Shown: positions 25,392 through 37,700 of the stretch, piece after piece
Position numbering within the stretch: the stretch's first letter is position 1
Layout of the letters: each line of letters opens with the position of its first letter
Source of the DNA: Nageia nagi
Taxonomy: Eukaryota; Plantae; Pinophyta
NCBI GenBank assembly: GCA_050084985.1
Contig: JBITNC010000001.1
Location: 72,416,001 to 72,480,000 of the forward strand
Reading direction: 5' to 3'
DNA: 64,000 nucleotides
Program-made: the position numbers and the translations under genes
The notes under the pieces: generated by a model
What the model saw: only the letters and a program-made list of their open reading frames with translations
Databases searched by the model: none
Told to the model about the DNA's origin: nothing

Positions 25392-26187
25392 CTACTTTTT
25401 GATGTGAAAACTTTGTGATTTTGCTTTGTTCCCAAAACATAGCCAAACTTTGTCAGATGCCTGCATTCCCTCGTTCTTTCATTTGTTGCAAGCAAGTATT
25501 CCGGTGAATTTTAAAGTTGCACATCGGGCTTATTGATTAGCTCATCTCTTCACTATGCTTTTCAAAAGGGTCTCTCCTTATTGGGCTCTGTTCTCCACTT
25601 TAGCTGAGGGTCCCCAAATTTCGAAAAATTAGGGAGGTGTTGCTTCGACAACAGACTTGCCTTTATAGCAGTCCAAACTTGTCATTATTCCCTAAAAGGT
25701 AGCCGACTAGGATAGAGGGAATAATAAATTATTAAATGGTGCCAAACCTCCCTAATATGGCTGACTTGGACATGGGGGCATAATTCATCTCAATGGCCCT
25801 TTTTCATAGCTTGAATAAATATATAATTTGCCCTTTTTGAGCGTTTGCATTAAAGGCACAAATATAGATATCATAAATACATAATTTGACAAATAAATCA
25901 TTCCTTTTCTAAGTCCTAAAGATCACAATGAATAAGCATGATGGGAGATGTTTAGATGTTCCAAATTGGGGACATTCCAAAGGAAGGTACAAGCAGTGGT
26001 AATGCAAAACAAACCAACAAGATTAGCCAACCGCATAACATTTCTATAGGCACTAGTAGTGTAGTGAGGTGTGATTTTTTGTCCCTTGTAGTAGTCTTGG
26101 TCACCAACCCTCACTTGACTCTACATGGAACATGTATAGGGTGCAAGAAGCTAGAAAGGAAGTGGCCGATTTCTAGTATTACTTGAC

Positions 26188-28397
26188 ATGCCCTTCAATA
26201 TCGCGAGATCACCATATTGGGAGTACATGGTTAATGTTATTTTAGTTTGTAGTGTTGGGTTCAAAGCACCATCTTACCATGACCTACAAGGCCCTTTTCT
26301 TGAAGAGGTTGCCATAGATATTAAGAAGCTTATTGAGGAGAAAAAAAAGATTTGGAGAATGAAGGGATATAGCATTCTTAGTAATGACTAGACTGATGGA
26401 AGGGGAAGAACATTGTTGATCTTTTTGGTTTCTTATATAGGGTGTCTATTCTTCCTAAAATTAGTAGATGCATCGGTGGAGATAAAAAAATGTTGAGTAT
26501 TTATTTAGCTTGTTGGAGGGAGTCATGCTGGAAGTAGGGCCTGAGAATGTTGTCCAGTAAATTTTGCATCTTACTCTAATTTTATCCATTTCATTTTCAT
26601 TTATTTTGTGCAAGTTATCATTGTTGGATTTAAATTTGTAATAATTAATTCATTTTCATTTATGTTGTGTAGATTATCACAAATAACACTACTTGCATAC
26701 ATCTTAGTAGGGAAAATGATTGAGGAGAGATACCCCACCATTTTTTGGAGTCCTTGTGCTACACATTGCCTTTATTTACTTCTCGAGGACCTTGAAAGAA
26801 TTGGTTGGGTTAAAGAGGTTGTAGATAAAGCTTAAAATATCACCAAATGCATCTACAATCATACATGGGTCCTCAATTTGAAGAAGATAGATTTTACTCA
26901 GATGGACAAGTGCGCATGTAGGGGTTACACGATTTGCTACATCATTTGTTTCATTGGAGAGTGTTTATAACTTAGGAGATGGATTGAAGCAAATGTTTGT
27001 GAGCAATAAGTGGTCAAAATCGAGATATGCATGTGACCTTGACAACAAGAATGTGGAATTGATCATTGATGATGCCTTTTGGGCATCGCATGAGGTTCTT
27101 GAGGTATAATTCTATTTCAACTTTTCCACATTTTTGCTATCAATATTTAAGTTTACTTGAGGTTGAGCTTATTAAATTTTTTATTAATTTAGTTGCATAT
27201 TTTCATTACAGTTTACGAAGCCTTTAGTGAAGGTGTTTGACCTCATGGACTTAGATAAACCTCCTATGGGGTAACTTTATGAGGCGATGGATAGGGATAA
27301 GGAGGCCATACAATCTTATTACCTTCGTGATGAGAGGAAATATCATCCCATTTGGGACATCATTGACCGTAGGTGGTCAAATCAACTACACAAGACTCTA
27401 CACATAGAGTGGTTGTACTTGAACCCAAATTTTTCTACTAAGAGTCTTTTGAGGCAGATGAGGAGGTTACCATAGGTGTTCATTTATGCATTGAGTGTAT
27501 GGTGATTGATGTGGCAACAAGGAACGTAATTATCAAAGATGAGCTTCAAATATATAAGAAAGCAGAAGGCTACATGTTCCAATCCCCATAATGCCTTTAT
27601 GCAAGGACAATTCTAGCTCTAGGTAACAAAATGCATTTTATTTTAGTGAATTGTCCAATTAGTATAACAAGTTAAAAAATTAAAATCTTATTTTTTTCAG
27701 ATTTATGGTGGGAGGATTATGGCGGTAATACGCCAAATCTCAAGAAGTTGGCTATCAAGATCTTATCCCAACTATGTAGGATTTCTGGGTGTCAGCAAAA
27801 CTAGAGAACTTTTGATCATATACATTCAAGGAAATGTAATAAGCTAACCCATGAGTGCTTGAATAATTTGGTTTTTGAGCATTATAACCTTTTCCTTCAT
27901 CATAGATAGATTGAAGGAATTAGTCACAACGTGATAGAGTTTGATGCAATTGATCTAGCTGATCCACAAATTGAATGGTTGTCAAAGATAAAACAAGAAG
28001 AACAAGTCGGAGAATTTAATTTCGCCTTTGAGGATGTTGAATCCTTAGAACAAGAAGCTTTTGCAAGAGGAAAGTGCTGCAACAAAAGCCTCACAAGCAC
28101 AAGAAGAAGGTCCATCAAAAGCAGCAACAATAGTAACCAGGACCCAGACTAGCAAAAGAGAGAGAAAAGGGGCAAATGCACAAAGAAAAGAAGAGAAAAT
28201 AAGTGTTTTGGTTCATGTTTTGTTTTGTAAATTTGGAAATCTTTGATGTATTTTCGACATTCAAAATTTAATAGAAAACTCTATAATTTACATTATGTTG
28301 TCACTTGTGTAATATGTTATTAACTTATTTGATGTGGAATGTTGTGTTATTTGATATGCAATATTGAGAGATAGCTAGAAATGAATTGTTTAAATGT

Positions 28398-28441
<44 letters not shown>

Positions 28442-28523
28442 GATGGATTTTTTATTTTTGTTGAGTTTTTTTCCGAGTCAACAACCAAACATTTTTTTGC
28501 CGATTCCAAGCATGACTACTATG
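26188..28523 (+). mobile_element. Second hAT element, 5'-truncated, degenerate transposase (DUF659 + dimerisation domain)
   Basis: PFNIARSPYW, GYSILSND*TDGRGR, IFWSPCATHCL, WDIIDRRWSNQLH, WWEDYGGNTPNLKKLAIKILSQ. The 3' end ...GACTACTATG resembles a hAT TIR. Confidence 0.82.
28400..28441. repeat. (AT)n microsatellite
   Basis: Read directly from the sequence. Confidence 0.9.
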
Positions 28524-29882
28524 CCTCAAACCATTCCTGATGGGGGAAAGTATTTTGCTCAACCTGGAAATTTGACTGACCACTCCCAGCAACTTGAGAT
28601 GGGCTCCTGTTGAGAGTGCACCTTGCCCACTAGATGCTCAGGAGCATTTGCAGATTCTTGCTTAAGTTAGCTGCAGAAACATTTGTTTTGAGTTCCTTTT
28701 TCTCGATCACCTACAGTTTGTCCTGTTAGGGTGCTCACTGTAGGATAGTGGTTTTTATTTCTTCAGAAGTGAAATCAATTCTCCAATGCTTACACATCTA
28801 CCAAATTTCTTGATTTCAAAACTGTTATTGTTGTCCTTTTGGTTAGTTTATTTTTTATGATAAATTTAAATTTTCAATGCTGGCAAATTTAAATTTCCCT
28901 TGAAATTTCTTTTTTAACCATTATATGATGTCAACTTGAGTTCAATTTGTAATTGTACCCCAATCATGTAAATGGCATTACTTTATTTTTTCAACAATGG
29001 AACAGTTTACAAACCCACATTTACCTTCTAAATGTCTGCTCCAAATCTTGTCATGGGCAGTTTGAGTAAATTCTGTATCGAATGTTATTATTCAAATTTC
29101 AGTTAAGTAAATTATTGTGATCTATTAGTTATTTTCCTTTTCAACCTAATAATTCTAGTCATTTGTTTTTTAACTGTTCAGTTATTTGTGTTTTTAGTGC
29201 TTTTAGCTGACACCTTATTCTATCTATAGGACAAAGTTGCTGTTTTTGACATCTATAACTACCATTGTGATCTTTATTTTGAGCAAGTCCCTGGAAGTAA
29301 AATAGAGATATCTTAGTGTGGAATGAATTGGTGTTTCCTCAATATCTTTGCCACACTAGTGGAAGATAAAATCGCTTTCATATTGCTTCTAAGTTTTGAC
29401 CATGCTTTTGGATTCTAGTACCAAAATTGTAACTGTGTTGAATGACATTTTACTCTGGCCATACCAAGAACTCTGTTTTGTATACTTATTTTCCAAACCT
29501 AAATGTATTCTTCCATTCTCAATTGTTGCTTCCTGTGTTTATACTTTGTAGTCATCAAATTAAATCTGAATGGAAAGGGAACTCTAAGATATTATTACCT
29601 TCTTAAAAGTCATTTATTGTAAGATATTCCTGGGTACATGCAGATGATATACTACGTTTTACAGATTGTATTGGGTGCATTTTGATCCCTTATGGAAATA
29701 ATTCTAAGATTTGTTCTGTTTCTTTGTTATTAGATGTATCCATAAATGACATGCTTTTACTCCGCTGTGATATTTTTTCTTAAAAGTTTTAGCAGGTGAG
29801 ATAGTATCTATAATAAGTACTATATTGAACAGATATCCAAAAGAATGAAGTTCTGTTTGGTGATTATCTATATTTTGTGCAG

Positions 29883-30036
29883 ATATTTATCAGCTTTGAT
29901 TTCTCAATCTTTTTTGGATATTGGATCAGTCTCAAGGATTCTGGACAGCATCATAAAGTTATGTTTGCAGCTTTGTCGTACAATTGAACATTGTGAAGGT
30001 ACTCCAAATGCAGCAGAATTGGAGCAGATTACTGAG
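29883..30036 (+). CDS. GCP4: Internal coding exon of gamma-tubulin complex component 4
   Basis: TTTTGTGCAG acceptor and GAG|GTTAGT donor; 154 nt. Encodes YLSALISQSFLDIGSVSRILDSIIKLCLQLCRTIEHCEGTPNAAELEQITE, recognised as the plant GCP4 C-terminal region. Confidence 0.87.
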
Positions 30037-32721
30037 GTTAGTTAATTTTTGAATGTGTTAGGTTGTCTTAGCTTGAGCTATAGTTACTCTGAGAAAGAGG
30101 AGATTGATCAGCTCTCTATCCACAGTGGCTTCAGTACTTTAAATTTAAAGATGCTCCCCAGAAATACAGTTTGTTTATGTATTTGATAAAGTTGACTGTC
30201 ATCTATTTTTTTCAGATATCTATAGTATGATGTAACATCCCCTTTGAATAAAAACAAATAAAATTGGAATCCAAGAGATTCCCTTTTGTAAATATTTTAC
30301 TTATTTATTTTATTTGTCATTAGTTACTTGGGATAGAAATATAACGGTCTATTGGACCCACATTGTGAGCCCCAAGAGGGACATTTTCCTTTCAAGCAAG
30401 GGTGTGTTGTTTTATTAATCCTTAAAGCACTTGGAGATCCTAAAACGATTGTGGGAATCCCAAACCTCATGTAACATCTAGAATAGCATATTAAACACCT
30501 ACAACCCAACGTTGGACTTGGGCACTTGCGCCAGCCTTGGGGAAGCTTCTAGAGACCCCCATGTTGGCTCATATAGACACATCAACATCCATACATGACT
30601 CATAGACCTTAGTATTACACCCTGGACCCCACATTGGCATTTATGGCTCCTAGGTATCCACGATTGGGCATGCATGAGCCCTAGGCACCCACGTTGGAGA
30701 TCTTGGGCCTCCAGAAGGCCAACGTTGGATTTTGGAAGTAGGGGATGCTCCTAGGTGAGATCTAGATTCAATAATGTGTTATATAAAGGCAGTGGAGCCT
30801 CATTGCAAGGTTATACTGAATTTGGTATTGAAACCCCTTCTTCTATTCAAAGAATTGGTAGTGTCAAGCACCCTTGGACATGTAGACCAAGGAGAGTCCA
30901 AGAGGTTTGGAGCACCTTTTGACTAGCGGTTGAGGATAAGTGTTCATGCTGTAGGTTGCCTACCCTGAGGCATCCTTAATGGTTTGCACCTTCAAATCCA
31001 TCGATGGTATTCTGAAATTACATTCAATTTCTTGCCAGGAGCTAGGCTGCGAGGGAGCCCTTCAGTGTGGCATCCACAAATCTGGTGGAGTGTGGTTGTT
31101 CTAAAGTGGTGTTCACAATAGTATTCATCCTTGCACATCAATGTGCCCTAGTTGGCTCCTTGGAGGCCAATGTTGAGCCCTCTTGGGCCTAGTATTGTAT
31201 TGATCTCATCATTATTCATTAATCCATCTGTGGCATATTTGGATCTCACTTATTGTGTCATATTGTGATGTGTTGATGCTATTTTACTCCTTTTGGTGTG
31301 ACATCATAATTCTTGGACTATTTTGATGTGCTGTGCTTGATAAATGTGTTCATGAATGTGATGTTGGCTTGTAGAGGTGATATCTTGCTTGAGAGATGCA
31401 TCGTTGGGTTTTTTGGCTCATTGTTTGACTTATTTGATGCCCTAGATCAGTTTGTGGCATGCCTGGATGCTTAGTTTGATATTTATTTGATATTTGCTTG
31501 GCTAATTTCCATGTTGAGAAAATTTCGGATTTTATAGTGGTTATTAGAGTTGAGATCTTGTTTCCTGTGAAGATGGAAGCTAGATCTACAACCAGAGGAA
31601 AGAAATCAAAATTTGGAAAGAAAATGTTCCACAAATTGCTCCAACAATTTGAGGAAAGAAAAATTCCTTAAGAGGGAAGGGAGAAGCTATTTTGGTATTT
31701 GAACGAAAGGCATGAAGAAAGGATGAGGAAGAAGAGGGAGAGACGTGGGAGCCCAATATGCTCCACCACATAAAACACCGCCAAAAATTGAAGTTTTGCT
31801 CCAAATTTAGCAAGGAACCTCAAAAGAGTTCCAAAAGAGACATCACTTTTCAGCTTTTTAGGACCTTTGGGATACAAAGTTGCAGAAAGAAGGGAACCCA
31901 ATGTTGGAGGGGAAAAGTGACAAATCCCCCAACATCTAGATCTGGACCGTTCAGAGCATCAAGGATGCAAATACTCCATTGGATCTGAAGAAGAGGTGTG
32001 AACGAAAGTTTGCATTCAGATCCAAAGAAGCATGCAACGGACTGGAGGCTATTGCACAGATAGTTTCGGCTAAGAAGATGAGCACCATCATCTGGAAAGA
32101 GGAAATAGAGTGGGGTTGTGTTTTCACCCTTGCCAAAGGGAGCCCTATGACACATGCGTAGGAGAAGGAATCACAACATGAAGAGATCCAACGCATCTTG
32201 GAAAAATATCATGACATTTTTGGAGACATGCCAAGAGGGTTGCCATCCTCAAGAGGGTTTGAGCACATCATAGAGCTGGAGAAAGGAGCAAAACCATCAT
32301 GATTAGTCCCTAATGGCATCTCAAGGTCTATAATGATGAGATTGAGAAGACTATCAAGGAGTTGTTGGACATGGGATTCATTTGACCAAGCTCTAGTCCC
32401 TTTGCTTCTTCAGTGGTGTTGGTCAAGAAGGAGGATGGGACCATGCGAATGTGCATTGATTACCAAATGCTCAACAAGAAGACTATCAAAAATAGGTATC
32501 CTATCCCTTGATCTTATTGATGAATTGCATGGTGCTAAATATTTCTCCAAAATTGATATATAGTTGTGATATCATCAAATAAGAATGAAAGAGGAGGATA
32601 TTCGCAAGAGAACATTTAGATGTCAGTATGGGCATTTTGAGTTTCCAGTTATGCCATTTGGATTGACTAATGCACTAGCTACTTTTCAATCAACAATGAA
32701 TCAAGTTTTCAGGGAGCAATT

Positions 32722-34569
32722 TGATGAGTCTCAAAAATTACCTGGTTTTGGCACGGTTCAATGGTTCATTTTGTATATTTGGACATAATGGAACGGATTA
32801 TTTGTAATAGTTGAACTATCTAGTTGCTTAATATATGGTTAAATGCATACCTTCCTTATCTTAGTATTTTGTGCATACTGATTATACTTTTGTGTTTGTT
32901 TTGAACCCAAAATGCTTCTTTTTGCCATATAGAATGATGGTCGGTAATTTGGATGGGTTGCCAGTCTTGTGAAGATGCCTTTGAACAAATTCTACATTGT
33001 CCGGAGCTCGCTCCAGACAGAGTTTTACACAGGTCTGTATCGTCCGGAGCTCCGCTCCAGACATAGTTGGCACCTCATCTGAATAAAGAGGAGCTAAACT
33101 GGTTTGGAGCTCTCCTCCAGACTTGTCTGGAGCCTTCTCAACTCACCCAAGGTCTTCAACTCAGACATGTCAAAGGTCTCTATCGCCCAGACTCGTCCGG
33201 AGCGCCTGTTCTAGACTATCCGGAGCGCCTGTTCCAGACTCGTCCGGAGCGCCTTATTCCGTACTAGCCGGAGCGCCTATTCCAGACTCGTCCGGAGCGC
33301 CTATTCCAGACTATCCGGAGCACTTGTTCCAGACTATCCGGAGCGCCTATTCCAGACTCGTCCGGAGCTTCCATTTCAGACCTATCCGGAACGCCTGCTC
33401 CAGACTCGTCCGGAACGCCTGTTCCAGACTCGTCCGGAGCGCCTGTTCAAGCTCGTCCGGAGCTTCTATTTCAAGCTTGTCCGGAGCCTCTATGTTGGAC
33501 TCGTCTGGAGTCCTGTGCAAACTGGTCCGGAGCTTCCGCTCCAGGCCTAAATCTGAGGAGTTGACTGTCATCCTTGACTATATTGTTAGCTCTATTCTAA
33601 CCTTGTATGATCCAGATATTTAGGAGATATGAACTGCTCCAGATATAGTCTGTAGAAGCATGGTTTCAACACATTAGATATAGTTAGATATGATTCTTGT
33701 TTTTGGAGTATGTTTGACTCCAATTTAAGCATAAAAACTACCTATGAATGAAAATAGGATAGTGCTGACCTGTTGAGATGAGCTATTCCTTTTTCTAAGG
33801 GATTGCAGCTCTCTTTAGACAGGGCATGGATACTACTAGTATGATACTTTTAGTATTAGCCAGTTAGTAGAATAAATGATTCTGTTTTCCATAACAGAAT
33901 ACTGTTCAGATTTTGGTTATTCTTGACCTACCTATTGTTAAACAATGGAGGATATTTATACCCCAATTGTTGACGGTAAGAGGGGGTAGAAAATTAAAAG
34001 AGTATTGTGTGAATAGATTATGGTGTTGAAGCTCTAGATTTGTGAAGCACATTCTGTGTAAGACGAACTGCATGCAGCAATAAGTGATCTGTTAAAGAGT
34101 TTTCAGTTCTGAGTTTCTTTAAGTCTTCCACCAAGAGGAGCAAGGGCCCACTCCAAATGGTAGAAGATCTTTTATCTTTCTGTACTTTCCAAGTTTAAAT
34201 GTGAGTTTGCTTTAAGTTCAGCATTTTCCAGTTTGTCTCTCTTTAGTATTTCAGATTCCTGTACTTTCAATTCTGCAACGTTTAGTTCTGCACATTTGCT
34301 TTCTGCCATTTTGCTTGAAGTAAATACAGCTTAGAGAGCAGAGCTCAATAGCATACAGCCTTGAACACCTCCCGGATTTGATAAAAGTAATGAAGGGGAT
34401 AAATGTTGATATTCCAAACTTAGTGAGAGGCAACTAAAGGCTTTCCTGAGTGTTGGTGTACCAGCTCTTTGAGTTAACTGGTCCCTTCACAATAACAGGT
34501 GTGAGGATCACTAAGGGGAGGGTAGTGACAGCCCTGGGGGAATTTGGAGTGTCATTATTTAACTCATCA
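32722..34569 (+). repeat. 5' LTR (1848 bp) with 24-bp tandem array (CCAGACTCGTCCGGAGCGCCTGTT) at ~33187-33540
   Basis: TGATGAGT...ACTCATCA. Near-identical to 43855-44930. Confidence 0.95.
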
Positions 34570-34572
34570 TTT

Positions 34573-34590
34573 TGGCGCCGTTGCCGGGGA
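34573..34590 (+). promoter_or_regulatory. Primer binding site, tRNA-Asp (Athila-typical)
   Basis: TGGCGCCGTTGCCGGGGA, 3 nt after the LTR end. Confidence 0.9.
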
Positions 34591-34780
34591 ACGGTGTTGA
34601 TTGAGCTATCTCTGTAGTTCTTAAGGATAGGGGACTTGACAGAGCCAATTTGCAATCGGGTGCCGTCCTGGTTCCTCAATTCTTAACAGAATGAGTGGCC
34701 CCAATAACCTATATTAAGAATCTGCAGAGAACTGTTGTTGAAGTTGTGATAGTTTGGTTTGATTATTTGCTTGAGAATGT

Positions 34781-37700
34781 ATGAATAGATTAAGAGATAA
34801 TAAAGGGAGATTTGTTACTAGTAAAGGAGAAGGTAGTAAGAAAGTAGTTGTAGGAAAACTACTGAAAACACAAAAATCAGTACCACAAAAACCCCCAAAA
34901 ATAAAACGTTGGATTCAGGAAAGGTTGTGGAAGAACAAGGAAGTAGTATAGTTGTTGAAGAACATCAGGTGGAGCAACCAGAAGAAACTTGGCCAAAGCC
35001 TAGACCTGTGGAGAAATTGAGCCAACACGTGCAGAAGAGGAGTCAGATCATAGTCCAGAACGTGCACATCCAGAAATTGCAGAAGAAACACCTTTCATTA
35101 GTCCATCCTTACCACCATTTCTGAGATTTTCAGATCCACCGAAACAATATAGGAGATTTACAGATACATCTCCTTTAGCACCTGTACGGTTTGCAGAATT
35201 AACTCTTCAGCCAAATTTGGTTGAGTCTGCTCCGGATACAGTCACTCGACCCCAACATCTCATCCGTTCATCCATTCCTTTGATAAACTGTCACCATTAT
35301 CCATTAGTCAACCTCTTTCTAGTGAAAGTGATTTTGAAGCTGAGAAGGAGGCAGCCAAGGAACCCTTCCATATTCACTACCGCAAAGGTAGTATACCAGA
35401 ATTGGATCACAGTTGGAGTATATATATCAATCCGCTGGTAAATATGTCTGGAGGAAGTGGTGGTTTTGGAGTAGGGGGTATTCCTCCTCAAATTTCAACC
35501 CAAACTTTCACTTATCCCATTCGGCTTGCTGCTGGAACCCAGGCTCCTATAAAAAATATTTCACCATCAGTCTTACCTATTTTCAGAGGTCTTTCTAGTG
35601 AAGATCCAGATCAGTTCTTGTTTGAGTTCAAAATATTGTGCAAAACTTATGACTATGAAATGGATGAACAGAAATTAAAACTCTTTCCATCCACTCTGAA
35701 GGACAATGCAATGAGGTGGTTCATGGGACTACCTCCAGATTCTATCTCTACTTGGCAAGAAATGGAAAGAGCCTTCTTAGAAAAATATCAAGAGTATTGT
35801 CGAGTTAAAGATAGGAAGGATGAACTGTTTCGGCTCACACAGGCAACCTCAGAGAGCCTTGAAGATTACCTTGACAGATTCCTATTTGTTCAGAAGAGAG
35901 TGGGGACAACCATGGATCCAGAATTCTCCAAGACCATCTTTTTAAGAGGGCTTCTGGATTCCACATTAGAAGTCCTCAATCTGATGGGAAAAGGTAATGT
36001 CAATAAGTTAACTCTTGATGAAATTGTGGAACTCTGCAGAAACTATTCAAGGACCAGATCACAGAAGAGAAGCGACAGGTTTCAGAATGATGGTCGAATG
36101 GAGACTGGATTGGCAAGTGAAATCAAAGAAGAATTTGCTAACTTCAGGACTGATGTTCTGTTTGAACTAAGTCAACTGAAGCTGACAGCAAACAAGTTGA
36201 AAGAAATGCAGGATTCTTTCTAAAGCACAAATTCGAAGAAGGAAGCCACTGATGAATTCTCATCAAGATACTGTCCTAGATGCCGGAAGAAACATGCTTT
36301 ACATGAATGTCCTTTGAACACCACCCATATATGCAGCCTGTGCAATAATGACCATCCAACAGATGATTGTGACTATCTAACGATAGCACAAATGTCTGTA
36401 GCAGCCCCAAACATGAACATGAACTATATGGGAGCAATGGGGCCTAGGGGAAATAATAATTTTCATGGAAACCCAAATCCTTATTTTTCTAGGCCAACAA
36501 ATCCGAATTGGTGGAACATGCCACACAATTCCCCATGGATGGCAAACCCAGATTGGCAAGTATATGGATGGGATTCTCCACAATGGAATCCACAATGGCA
36601 GCAATATGGAGGACAGAATCGGCAGAACTGGAATAATCAAGGACAGCGAAGGCAAGGTTTGCTGCCACCACCTATTAATCAACAACAACCAATAAATCAG
36701 CAGCAACAACCTCCGAAGCAACCAGCTCTTCCTGCCCAACCTGTTCCCAACCCCAATAATAACAGGCAAGCTCCAGTGCCTGCCTATCAGATTGATCAAG
36801 GAGACACAGCATCAGTAAATGCTATCCAATGCAATAAAATCGAGCTACGATCTGGTAAGAAATTGCCAGATCCTACACCTCCTGTTATCACAGAAGTAGA
36901 GGTGGACAGCTTAGATGAATCTCCAGGAGAGCAAACAGAGGATAGTCTGGAGCCACCAACAGAAACAATTGCACCTGCACATAATAAGGAGCTCCAGAAA
37001 ATAGTTAGTCCATATCCAGAGAGATTGATGGAAAAACCTCAAGAAACAGAATCAGAACTACTGCAAGAGATGAGGAAATTGAATATCACTATACCTGTAT
37101 TACAAGCAATCAAACAGGTTCCTGAGCTAAACAAGCTGGTTAAGGAATTATGCATGCACAGGAGAGGAAGAAGAAAGAAAGTCTATCCAAAGACTATTAA
37201 AGTAGATGGTAAAGTAGCTGATCTTTTGGTTAGCCACAGCAGCTGCATACATCAACTGTAGGTCCGGGGACATGACTATTTCTAATGGCCTAAACACAAA
37301 GACACTTTCTTTGTACCCACCTGCCCAACCAACATTGGATTATCACAATCAGGTATGGATCGACGAGCCTGACATGGATGCACATGACACTTTTGCAACA
37401 TTAGCAACCATCACCATCAAGGACCATGTCGAGGAGATAGAAGAAGATCCTAGTCTGGAAACAGATACAGTATCACTATCCGGAGCAACAGGAAGGAGAA
37501 CCAGAGGGCATGTGATGAGAAAATGGGAGATACAGTGGTCGAACCATTACAAAGCATTATTTTTAATATTCCTTCAGAAGAACAAGCAGCCTTGTTGGCA
37601 ATGTTCAAATGTCCTCTTACTCACATTGTTCCAAAAGGGATACTTTCAGGGAAAGAACAAGGGTATTCCATTCCTTATTCCCACACTCTTGTCCTTTGAA

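Larger units (their letters stand above)
18877..25653 (-). mobile_element. E2: complete 6777-bp giant LTR-like gene-carrying unit (solo LTR?)
   Basis: Ends TGTTG / CAACA with perfect 5-bp TSD GACTT (18872-18876, 25654-25658). No PBS, PPT, gag or pol inside or adjacent. Confidence 0.9.
16631..26181 (-). mobile_element. Degenerate chromovirus-type gypsy relic (protease region ~18030-18400) split by E2
   Basis: ATNNFLDEAFV...LQVTIGNYTIVVDFYV and FFEQEMKVTLRG are protease and post-protease motifs. LTR-like sequence lies on both sides of E2. Boundaries approximate. Confidence 0.5.

Noticed and set aside
30231-31303. Solo LTR ending TGTGACA at 31303
   Set aside because: Flanks TATGA / TCATA are not a direct repeat and no PBS follows; the LTR end is left undefined.
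33067-33623. ORFs in Athila LTRs (also 3577-4017 and 44200-44848)
   Set aside because: By-products of 24-bp tandem repeats that are open in several frames.
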